Below, piece after piece: positions 55,619 through 64,000 of a DNA stretch of 64,000 nt (position 1 is the first letter of the stretch; each line of letters begins with the position of its first letter). Made by a program: the position numbers and the translations under genes. This stretch comes from a virus. The stretch is from IMG/VR virus record IMGVR_UViG_3300047160_002053, positions 1 to 64,000 of that record. One strand, given 5' to 3'. The notes below the pieces were generated by a model. That model was not told where the DNA came from, made no database searches, and saw only the letters and a program-made list of their open reading frames with translations.

Positions 55619-57510
55619 TATTCACCCCAGATAGTTGGGTTCTCAGAGTATGGAGTACCCCATTTTCCCAATCCGATATCGTTTGGATATAAGATTGTGA
55701 AAACAATGTTGATGCCCGAAGCGGCGACCTGATTGATCAAATCTTCAGCATAAATACGGCCAGAAACAACGTCCGTAATATAGAACGGATAGTCTAGTCC
55801 ATCACGCGAAATGTCAGGAGCAGATTTAGCTGCCACAAGAGCAACGTCGGTTCCGTTAGCATGGAACGTTTTCACGTTATAAGCAGGACTAATCAACAGC
55901 GTGTTGTTTGAAGGACGAGCAATATAAGGAATTGGACCTTCTTGTTCCTGCGTGCCGTAGCCGAGGATGATATTGCCCTGTTCATCAGGAAATTCGCTAG
56001 AATCAGCAACTTGGATTACGCGAGGCATGGTTCCGTCGAGATCCTGTTGCAAAGTAGTGCCGATATCAGAAACCGTGAAAGGTTGAGAGGTATCGTACAT
56101 GTAAGGACCAGGCTGACCAGGAGCAAGAGAAGCCATATCGCCCAATGGACCAGAAGCAGAGATAGCTGCAGATCCAGAATAGGTTCCAACCATAGTTGCG
56201 GTCGCATCATTCACAAAAACATTCAAAACATTCTTGTTTGCAAAGGCTTTCAAAGTAGAATAGGTAGAATTGATCGCAACGGCCATATTGGTCACTGTAT
56301 CATTTACCGTAGCACCATTCGTAAAATTTACGCCCTGTTGAATAAGCGCAGTCGTAGTCAAATTGAAAGTATCGCCAGAATTTGGTTGAGCATTAAGTTC
56401 AAACGAAACCATAGGCGGCTCATGCAAGTGCGCAGAACCTTCGCGTCCACGACGAATAACTTTCGTTGCGGCAGGCAAGAAGATCTGAAGCATACGGGCC
56501 GAAGACTGATAGACCGCTGCATAAGACAGACGACTATTTAGAGTCTTACGAATTGGATCGAAAAACAAAATAGCATCGTCAGCGCCTTGAGTCACGATGC
56601 CAGAAGTACCGAGAGGGTTAACGATTTCAAAATAAGAAGATCCGACAGGTCCACCAACAGAATCGACGATTGTGTACGATCCTTCATTGGATGAAGCGGA
56701 GAACCCGCCGCCGTAAATATTGACATAGTTTCCAGAAGAAACTTTACCCAAGTTAGGGTTAGCTCCACCAGTCCAAGTAAAACGAATGACGCCGCCAGGC
56801 TGAAGAGAAAGAGTCCATTGAGTAGACATGTTTCCGCCAGCTGCGACTGCTGCATCGAACTTCAGTTCATTTTGTGCGCGACCGCCAAGGATCGTAACGC
56901 TGGAGGCGGGACCGATAGTATCTGACAAGATCTCGACGTAAGGACCGTTACCGTCATCCTTGGCAATCGCAGTTCCGGCATAGCCGAGACGACGAAGTTC
57001 TTTAGTAATAGAATCGGCTACTTCCTGAGCAGTTGCTGCAGCAATAGAAGCGAATTCAGACGTATGGAAAGTGATCGGCACAGTTACATGGTCATCGAAA
57101 TTGATGATCAAAGTGTCGCCGTCTTTCAGGTTATAGGGCTCAAATGCTCGTGCTTGGTTAGAAGCGCGGACGAATTCATCGCCGAAAATAGCGTTCAAAA
57201 GATTATTGATGAGATCGCGAACTTGCTTACGGTTCTTAACCTCGATACCGATCTGACGAAAAACATCATCCGATAGACCAACAGAAGGAGGGCGAACGAT
57301 ACCGTGTTCGGCAAGACGCTCATCCAAATAACGACCTGAAGCAGTAGAAATATAAAGCTGGTCATTCACTGCTCGAACGTTGTCGATCAATGGTGCAGCG
57401 GCACCTGTAGCCAATGCTTGCAAAATCGCATCGACCGAAGGTCCTTTAATGTAAGGATTGAGGTAGCTCCTCAACCTTTTATACTGTTCTTCAGGAGTTG
57501 TTACTGCCAT
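55618..57510 (-). CDS. Baseplate wedge protein
   Basis: ISTASGRYLD...GIVRP..LSDDVFR motif typical of wedge (gpI-like) subunits. Confidence 0.7.
   Translation of the reverse strand: MAVTTPEEQYKRLRSYLNPYIKGPSVDAILQALATGAAAPLIDNVRAVNDQLYISTASGRYLDERLAEHGIVRPPSVGLSDDVFRQIGIEVKNRKQVRDLINNLLNAIFGDEFVRASNQARAFEPYNLKDGDTLIINFDDHVTVPITFHTSEFASIAAATAQEVADSITKELRRLGYAGTAIAKDDGNGPYVEILSDTIGPASSVTILGGRAQNELKFDAAVAAGGNMSTQWTLSLQPGGVIRFTWTGGANPNLGKVSSGNYVNIYGGGFSASSNEGSYTIVDSVGGPVGSSYFEIVNPLGTSGIVTQGADDAILFFDPIRKTLNSRLSYAAVYQSSARMLQIFLPAATKVIRRGREGSAHLHEPPMVSFELNAQPNSGDTFNLTTTALIQQGVNFTNGATVNDTVTNMAVAINSTYSTLKAFANKNVLNVFVNDATATMVGTYSGSAAISASGPLGDMASLAPGQPGPYMYDTSQPFTVSDIGTTLQQDLDGTMPRVIQVADSSEFPDEQGNIILGYGTQEQEGPIPYIARPSNNTLLISPAYNVKTFHANGTDVALVAAKSAPDISRDGLDYPFYITDVVSGRIYAEDLINQVAASGINIVFTILYPNDIGLGKWGTPYSENPTIWGE
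55687..55696 (-). promoter_or_regulatory. Candidate late promoter AATCTTATAT
   Basis: Within the 3' end of the upstream gene, 68 nt before the tail-tube-like start. Confidence 0.35.
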
Positions 57511-57513
57511 TTG

Positions 57514-60500
57514 TTATGTTCCATTCTGGCTGACAGAGATGTCAAGCACAGGGTCGATAATACGCGCTTTTTCCGAAGGAGCAATGAAAATAATATCATG
57601 AGTGCTGTCGTACTGAGGCGAATCAATTGCCATTGCACGGACACCAGGAATTGCGTTAACCGCAGAAACGATGGCGCTGAATGCGATAGGTTGACCGACA
57701 GGATTCGAGTTCACAAGAGAGCTAACCGAAGTACGGACTTGCTCTGCAGTTTGCGCAAACGGAACGCCAGTATTGATGCGAATAACAACAGAAACTTGAA
57801 TACGACGAGTTAGAGGCTCACGAGAGAAGATCTCAGCACCGGCAGCGCCGACACCAGGATAAGTCGTTGGATCGCGAGGATCGCCGTAAATGATACGGTT
57901 AGCTTCTGCAATCAAGCCAGTATTGTAGCGATAAGAGTCAAGACCCTTACGAATAGTCGTATTGAAATCCATTTTTGACAATGAAGTCAATTGTACACCG
58001 GCTGCCTCGTCAATTTTCGAGTATTGAGCGTTCGTATCGAACGTAATCAATGAACGGAAAGGTGCGCCAGGCTGTTGCGAAGCGAACAAGACATGCTTGT
58101 AACCGCTATATGCGACGCCTTCTTCAACGTAAACAGAAGTCTCACGACCGTTCAGGCTGACGTTAGTCAAAGGTGCCAAAGTGCCAGTGATGACTGCAGT
58201 ATCGCGGTCGATAACATCAGAAACCACATAAGAACCTGCGTTCTGAGTAGTCAGAGTATCGCCAGTAGCAACAAACAAATCTCCAGCAACAGTTGCTTCG
58301 TACTCATAGAATTGAATTTGTGGTCTGTGAACCTGCAATCCATTCGGAGTAGTAACAAATACCGCAGCTTCGTTTACCGCAGAAGGGTTGATCGCTTCCA
58401 AGAACGTGCGACGGCCTTGTTGGACAAGGTTTACAGTGAAAGGAGCCGGAACGTTTACGTTCGAGGCGTCGGTAGTTTCTTGGAGACCCGTTGTCGTAAC
58501 AGTTGTAACACCATTAGATGCAGAAGCAGTCAATCCGGTCGCGGCACCGACAGCAAGTGCGGCTTTAGCCGCCACGGAAACTGCCGTGTCACCGCTCAAA
58601 ATTGACACTTGGATGCCTGTTCTACCAACGACAGCTGGGTCTGAATTAGATCCGTTAACATTGAACCAAACATAGTACAAGTTCACGTCACCAGCCGATT
58701 GGATCAGGAAGTAAGTACCTGCTCCGCCGATAGTGAAGTTAGAACCTGCTGGCATGACGAGATTCGTGATCTCGGCAAGTGCTGCACCAGTGCGAAGAAC
58801 CATGAATTGGCCTTGGTTCGCAGCGTTGAAGTCAACACCCAGAGTTAGGATGTCGCCTGCGCGTGCGTTCTCGAAGTTAGGCTGAGTGCCAACTCCGTTC
58901 CAGTTCAAATATAGAGAATGATTAGAAGCGTTTACCTTGATCGAAGTCGTAGCATCGTAGCCAACAGAAATGGCGTTCAAAGGAAGCGTCACTTCTTCTT
59001 CAACCGTATTTGCATTTTCATACCATACAGAATTGTTGTAACGACGGATAACGCGGAACTTACCTTGGTTCAGAACCGTGAAAGGTGCTCCGACGATCAT
59101 GGTATCGCCTTCAGAAACTTCCGTAGAAGCGCTGAAATCACCAGCAACAAAAGCATCGCCGACAAGGTTCGCACTAGAAACTGTTACAGTACCAGTTCCC
59201 GCGTATGCGAGAGCAGTAGACTGATCTGGGCCAGTTGCAGTAACAGTAACTATGTTACCATTTGAAGACGAAGTAACGTTCGGAAGAGTTCCGATAACCG
59301 CAGACAAATTTGCTGCAGTATCAGCTGCAGTAGCTCCGATTGCGAAATCGGTTCCTGCAACAAGGTTAGAAGTTCCGATGGTAAAAGTATCACCGGCAGT
59401 AGAATTTGTACCAAAAGTGAAAGTGCCAGACGAGAATTCATCAACCGCATTCGGGTTCAAGACACGAAGAGTTGTTCCATCGTCAGAAACTCCGGTAACA
59501 GGGAATGTTCCGTTATTATCTGCTTGAGGCAAACCAGAAATAGTCACGAGATCGCCGATAGACAATTCGTTGAAGTTTGCAGCGCCAGTCAAGATCAAGT
59601 ATTCAGCTTCCGAAGTTCCAGAAACTTTAGAAACGTTGATCGTTCCGCCTCCAGCGTCATTGAAATTCACTGCAGTTTTAATGAACTGAGGCGATGCGTT
59701 ATCACCAGTCCAAGACAAGCAGGCAAGAGCGCCTTGTTTTTCCACACGGAAAGTGCGGTTTTGAGTACGCAAATGATGACGAGGTTTACCGAAGTAGCGT
59801 TGGTTCAGAGCACGGCTCAGCAATTTAATTGTCGAGAATCCGACAGCCGGAACATTGCTTAAAACAGTAATAGAAGTGTTCGATGAGAACAAAGCTTCTT
59901 TACGCTGAGTGTTTGTTGCTTGCAAGCGGAACCATTGATCAGAATGGATACCTTGTGCTGCAACTTTATCAACAGAGACTGAAGCAAGTTGATTATCCAC
60001 ACGAGTAGCGGTATCAAGAACAGGTACTTCATATCCGTTAGCCAATCCACCGATGATTTGGATAGATCCATCAGATCCCAAAGTATCGGTAGCAAGTTCA
60101 AGCTTAGATCCGCGATCAACAACTCCAACGGTAGCGACGGTCGTCAGACCAGTTACCGCGAGAACCGAGATCAAACGACGAACTTGGTCCATCGTAGTAG
60201 GAACTAGGCGCAATTCTTCGCCATTGTTAAATGCGTATCCTTGATCAGAAGGAAGTGACAAAGATTTTTTGAATGTAAAATTAGGAGATCCGCCAAGATT
60301 TGACGAAGCAATCCAGTTGATACCGTCTTTCAAAAATACAGATTCATATTGGAATCCGCTATCTTCATAAGTAGAAAGAGCGATAGTGCCAGTTCCGTTT
60401 GCAGGAGGATTTGGATCGTTAACCAAAGTAGCAGTGAAATAGTCACCCAAGTTTGCTGCGACATAAGCCTGAATATCAGCTGCGGTAGTAGTTGCAGACT

Positions 60501-63500
60501 GATAGAAAGTAATCGCACCAGCGACTAAAGTTGCCTTATTATTTTCTGCGACAGCTGATCCAGTAGGACGCTGAACAGAGAACGAAGTCGCTGTAGGAGT
60601 GAATCCTGCTTGAGTAGAAACGCGGAAAACTCCGTCATTCGCTTCATTGAATTCAGTAGACTTGGTGATATTTACATATTCTCCACCAGTCAAAGATCCC
60701 AATGCAGGGGCAGTTCCAGTTCCGTTCCAAGTATAAGTAACTTGGTCGATACCAGCTGCAGGAGTATTTGGAGTAACTGAAATATTCCATTCAGTAGACG
60801 CATCAATAGATGTTCCTACCGATGGACCAGATTTCAAGTTAATACGAACGTTAACATTTTCGTCAACAGTGATTACGCTTGAAACGTCAAAATTAGGAAC
60901 AGAAGGATTAGAGTAACCAACATTGATGAACTCACCCGAACGACCCCATGGAGTAGCACGATAAAGGATAGCATTATCATTGCCAGTAGGGTTCAATACT
61001 TTACGAGCTTGCATTAACACTTTGAAGTTAGAAAAATCAAAGCTTGCACCGAAAGCAGACGAGAAATTGGCAGTAGCGCCAGAATCAACGTCGTAAGCAT
61101 TAAAGTTGTTTGGGTTATTGATATTGGTAGTGTTCGTGATAGCGCGACGGTAGAACGGAACCTCGAACGACTTAGAAGTCGTATCGTTGTCAACAACTAC
61201 AACGGCAGTATCACTATGACCAAAATCAAGCGGATTAGCAATATAAAAACGGTCAAAATCACGAAGACGACGGATCAATGGCTGATTGTTGATTCCGATA
61301 GTTCCAGAAGTAACTGATTTTTCTTGTACGTTCTCACCGTATGGCTGAGCATCACGAATAGTTCCGTAAGGATGCAAGAAAGCAACAAGTTCGTTAGGAT
61401 CGCGAGCGCTCAAGTCGATTGCAGGCGGGAACGAAGTAATGTAAGAATCAATTGGATCTGCGTGAACGCCGCCTGAAGCTGCAAGCAAACGAGTGTGAAT
61501 AAACAATGGGAAGCTAGCTTCCGTGTCACCGCTATCATAGAACGCAATCAAAGAATCTTTAGAAGTGTCAGACTCACCAACAGGCAAGTTCAACAACTTA
61601 CCTTGGGTATCAGCAGTAACGATCAGAAGAGATCCGCTTGCGTCTTTAGTGCGAGAACGAACAACGATAAATTGCTCTTCTTGAACGCTAAAGATCAAGC
61701 TATTAGTTTGAGCTTGAAGCTCTGTCGCAATTTGGTCAAGAGTCTTAACGCCAGTAGTGACGCGGAACTTCTGAGGAGCCAAAGTAGAACGGAGAACTAC
61801 GAAACCTTCTGAGAACAATACGCCAGGAGTAGCTGCGATAGCTGCATATTCCGAAGCAGTAACTTCGATGTCAAGAGTGCTATTAGTACGTGCGTAAACA
61901 CGGCCTTCGATACGGTCAGATGCTACAAGCTCTGCGGACCATACGATAACGTAATCGCCGACAAGAACATTTTGGAATGCAGTTGAAACTGTAGAAGTAT
62001 AACGGATGCGATCTGGAGCTACTGCAGAAACTGCAAGAAGCGTATTTCCAGCAACGCCGTTATTGATAATTTGACCAGGATTGTCGATCAACATCCAGAC
62101 GTGAGCGTCTTGAGTGAAAGTGATAGATCCACCAGGAATCTCGTCAGATTGAATACGAGCTTCAGTTTGATCAGAACCTGCAGTCAATTGATCGCCAGCA
62201 ACAAGTGGAGTAACAAGCTTAAATTGAGCAGTGTTACGGTCAAGTTGATAATCAGACTGTTTACCGATAGAAGACAGGCCAATCAATTGGCTGAACATTC
62301 CCTTGGTAACAAGAGTAGAAGTAGGATCAATGACGATAGATGCGCGGTTATTTGCGCCAAGGTTCGATGTGATCTCAAGAGTCGTTCCAACAACAGTGGT
62401 CGTAACGCCCGTAAGTTTCGCATTCAAAACCTGCGCCCAAGCATCAAGAGAATTCGTCGCAGCAACTTGAGTATACAAGCCAGTAGCGATGAAATCTGCG
62501 TCAGTAATAGTGTAAGTGATAAAACCAGTGTTATCGACAGACAGAATCAAAGTGTCGCCTGTAACGATAGTTGCAGACCACAATTGTTGACTTTGAGTGA
62601 AGATAGAAGCAGTCTTTCCGTCTTTAGAAAGAGGGATCTTGTTCTTATACAAACGAAGAGTTTGAATTTGGTTAGAAGGAAATTCTAATTGAACAGCTGC
62701 ATCACGACCAGAAGTCGTGGTTGGAGTAACAACTTGAATAGTGTCGTTACCTTCATAGTTTGCACGGATAACAACGTATTGTCCGCCGCCTGCAGTCGTA
62801 GCTTCAAATCCCAAAGTAGTGTTTGCGTTAATCGAAGCTGTAACCTCGAACGCAGTCGCTCCACCTGGAGAACGGAAATCGCTATTAGCAAAAGTGTGTT
62901 GATAAATCTGCTCACCGACTTGAACGGCAAGAGTGTCTCCACCTACAAGGTCATAAGGTGCAGCGTTTGTAGTTTCTAAGAAAGCTTTTGCAACAGGAGC
63001 TTGGCGTCCGCCAGTAGCAAGTTGGAAATACTGTTCTCCGCCCAAAGCAGAGTCAACGATTGCTTCAAGACCTACGCCAGCGGTTTTAGCTTCGTAGATA
63101 GCGCCATTGTCGATGTAAAGGATAGAACCTTCAGTCGAAGAAATAATAGAAGAAGAAACGATAGATGCGCCTGGTTCATCAGAAGCCGTAGCATCTTGAA
63201 CTGCAGCTTTGATTGCGGTCGGAGTTCCGAGACCAATCGAAGCTAGTGCCTGTTTAATACGAACGCGAAGCTGATCATCAGTTTCAGAATCCGCACCAGT
63301 AGTAAAAGGGAGTGGATTCGTAACAGAAGCTCCTGCGAAAGGAGGAGTTGCGAACGACTTGATCGCTCCACGAGGAACGTTTCCAGAAGATCCAGGCTGT
63401 TGAGCCGCTACTTGAACATTTTCAACGGTAGTTTCACCGTCAAGGATAACTGCCGCAGTAACTACTGAATATTGAATATCAGGAGATGCGCCAGCTGCAG

Positions 63501-63999
63501 GAGAAAGAACGATAGTATTCGCAGGAATAGAGCGGTTTCCACCTTGAGCCAAAATAACCGTCTCGCCGACGTTATGGAATTTAGTGGTAGCCGTATTCAA
63601 ATTGATGACGTAATATCCGCCAACAGGAGTGATCGAAGAATATGCGATTGGACCTTCAACGTTAGGAGTCGAACGGCCAATGTAAATTGAGCCCGAAGCC
63701 GGAAAAGCGGAAGCATCAGAAACCTTGATCTGAGTCGAACCAATGTTCGGAGGGTTAGCGCCCGCGTAAACTTTAGTCGAGATCTTTTGGAACGATGTGT
63801 CAGTAATAGTTACAAGACCACTTGCAGGTTTTGCGGTGATCGGAGTAACTCGATTCTCTTCAGCCAAACGCTTCAAGGCGTCGCCGGTAGCTCTATCTAC
63901 CGAGAAATCGCGAAGAATCTGGAAAACGTCGCCAGACGAACGAGCGACCATCAAAGCTACGACTTCGTAGAACGAAGTTACAGCTGAGCCTACGTTAAA
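57514..63999 (-). CDS. Giant baseplate J-like wedge protein, 5' truncated by the window
   Basis: ATGDAL, GADSETDDQLRVRI and the C-terminal VSAVNAIPGV are gpJ hallmarks. The frame is open to the window edge. Confidence 0.8.
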   Translation of the reverse strand, partial: FNVGSAVTSFYEVVALMVARSSGDVFQILRDFSVDRATGDALKRLAEENRVTPITAKPASGLVTITDTSFQKISTKVYAGANPPNIGSTQIKVSDASAFPASGSIYIGRSTPNVEGPIAYSSITPVGGYYVINLNTATTKFHNVGETVILAQGGNRSIPANTIVLSPAAGASPDIQYSVVTAAVILDGETTVENVQVAAQQPGSSGNVPRGAIKSFATPPFAGASVTNPLPFTTGADSETDDQLRVRIKQALASIGLGTPTAIKAAVQDATASDEPGASIVSSSIISSTEGSILYIDNGAIYEAKTAGVGLEAIVDSALGGEQYFQLATGGRQAPVAKAFLETTNAAPYDLVGGDTLAVQVGEQIYQHTFANSDFRSPGGATAFEVTASINANTTLGFEATTAGGGQYVVIRANYEGNDTIQVVTPTTTSGRDAAVQLEFPSNQIQTLRLYKNKIPLSKDGKTASIFTQSQQLWSATIVTGDTLILSVDNTGFITYTITDADFIATGLYTQVAATNSLDAWAQVLNAKLTGVTTTVVGTTLEITSNLGANNRASIVIDPTSTLVTKGMFSQLIGLSSIGKQSDYQLDRNTAQFKLVTPLVAGDQLTAGSDQTEARIQSDEIPGGSITFTQDAHVWMLIDNPGQIINNGVAGNTLLAVSAVAPDRIRYTSTVSTAFQNVLVGDYVIVWSAELVASDRIEGRVYARTNSTLDIEVTASEYAAIAATPGVLFSEGFVVLRSTLAPQKFRVTTGVKTLDQIATELQAQTNSLIFSVQEEQFIVVRSRTKDASGSLLIVTADTQGKLLNLPVGESDTSKDSLIAFYDSGDTEASFPLFIHTRLLAASGGVHADPIDSYITSFPPAIDLSARDPNELVAFLHPYGTIRDAQPYGENVQEKSVTSGTIGINNQPLIRRLRDFDRFYIANPLDFGHSDTAVVVVDNDTTSKSFEVPFYRRAITNTTNINNPNNFNAYDVDSGATANFSSAFGASFDFSNFKVLMQARKVLNPTGNDNAILYRATPWGRSGEFINVGYSNPSVPNFDVSSVITVDENVNVRINLKSGPSVGTSIDASTEWNISVTPNTPAAGIDQVTYTWNGTGTAPALGSLTGGEYVNITKSTEFNEANDGVFRVSTQAGFTPTATSFSVQRPTGSAVAENNKATLVAGAITFYQSATTTAADIQAYVAANLGDYFTATLVNDPNPPANGTGTIALSTYEDSGFQYESVFLKDGINWIASSNLGGSPNFTFKKSLSLPSDQGYAFNNGEELRLVPTTMDQVRRLISVLAVTGLTTVATVGVVDRGSKLELATDTLGSDGSIQIIGGLANGYEVPVLDTATRVDNQLASVSVDKVAAQGIHSDQWFRLQATNTQRKEALFSSNTSITVLSNVPAVGFSTIKLLSRALNQRYFGKPRHHLRTQNRTFRVEKQGALACLSWTGDNASPQFIKTAVNFNDAGGGTINVSKVSGTSEAEYLILTGAANFNELSIGDLVTISGLPQADNNGTFPVTGVSDDGTTLRVLNPNAVDEFSSGTFTFGTNSTAGDTFTIGTSNLVAGTDFAIGATAADTAANLSAVIGTLPNVTSSSNGNIVTVTATGPDQSTALAYAGTGTVTVSSANLVGDAFVAGDFSASTEVSEGDTMIVGAPFTVLNQGKFRVIRRYNNSVWYENANTVEEEVTLPLNAISVGYDATTSIKVNASNHSLYLNWNGVGTQPNFENARAGDILTLGVDFNAANQGQFMVLRTGAALAEITNLVMPAGSNFTIGGAGTYFLIQSAGDVNLYYVWFNVNGSNSDPAVVGRTGIQVSILSGDTAVSVAAKAALAVGAATGLTASASNGVTTVTTTGLQETTDASNVNVPAPFTVNLVQQGRRTFLEAINPSAVNEAAVFVTTPNGLQVHRPQIQFYEYEATVAGDLFVATGDTLTTQNAGSYVVSDVIDRDTAVITGTLAPLTNVSLNGRETSVYVEEGVAYSGYKHVLFASQQPGAPFRSLITFDTNAQYSKIDEAAGVQLTSLSKMDFNTTIRKGLDSYRYNTGLIAEANRIIYGDPRDPTTYPGVGAAGAEIFSREPLTRRIQVSVVIRINTGVPFAQTAEQVRTSVSSLVNSNPVGQPIAFSAIVSAVNAIPGVRAMAIDSPQYDSTHDIIFIAPSEKARIIDPVLDISVSQNGT

Positions 64000-64000
64000 A

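Noticed and set aside
1-64000. CRISPR array, tRNA or rRNA genes
   Set aside because: No regularly spaced direct repeats or cloverleaf/T-loop signatures were seen in the few intergenic gaps. This was by eye; tRNAscan-SE would be decisive.
1-64000. The many antisense and alternate-frame ORFs in the track (e.g. 850..1536, 27763..28536, 51152..51859)
   Set aside because: They shadow genes with clear motifs and lack RBSs or protein-like composition.
1-64000. Stop-codon reassignment
   Set aside because: Long conserved genes are uninterrupted in code 11, and TAA, TGA and TAG all end genes.
1-64000. Prophage or bacterial chromosome origin
   Set aside because: There is no integrase, repressor or host housekeeping operon. 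The gene density and divergent homologs fit a large phage, although lifestyle cannot be proven from one window.

Overview
This window is part of a large, probably lytic, tailed dsDNA phage genome (myovirus-like) using the standard genetic code. About 1-38.2 kb is a dense + strand block for replication, recombination and host takeover. It contains an SF2 helicase, two sigma70-like proteins, SbcCD/Mre11-Rad50, a RuvC-like resolvase, RNase H, a DEDDh exonuclease, NADAR, DnaE (Pol III alpha), a gp32-like SSB, RecA/UvsX, DnaB, an AEP primase, two ClpP-like proteases, a subtilisin, a CYTH enzyme, an AAA ATPase and a PLP aminotransferase. A bidirectional terminator at about 38.2 kb separates it from a - strand virion block (tail fibres, baseplate, tail-tube-like protein), which is interrupted by a small + strand island (zinc ribbon, SLT lysin, exonuclease). 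The two best unannotated signals are: (1) a ~187-nt, heavily base-paired intergenic RNA candidate (25564-25750) directly in front of a divergent sigma-like gene; (2) a recurring AATCTTANAT motif upstream of virion-region genes, a candidate phage late promoter. All calls come from motif recognition by eye; no database search or folding program was run.
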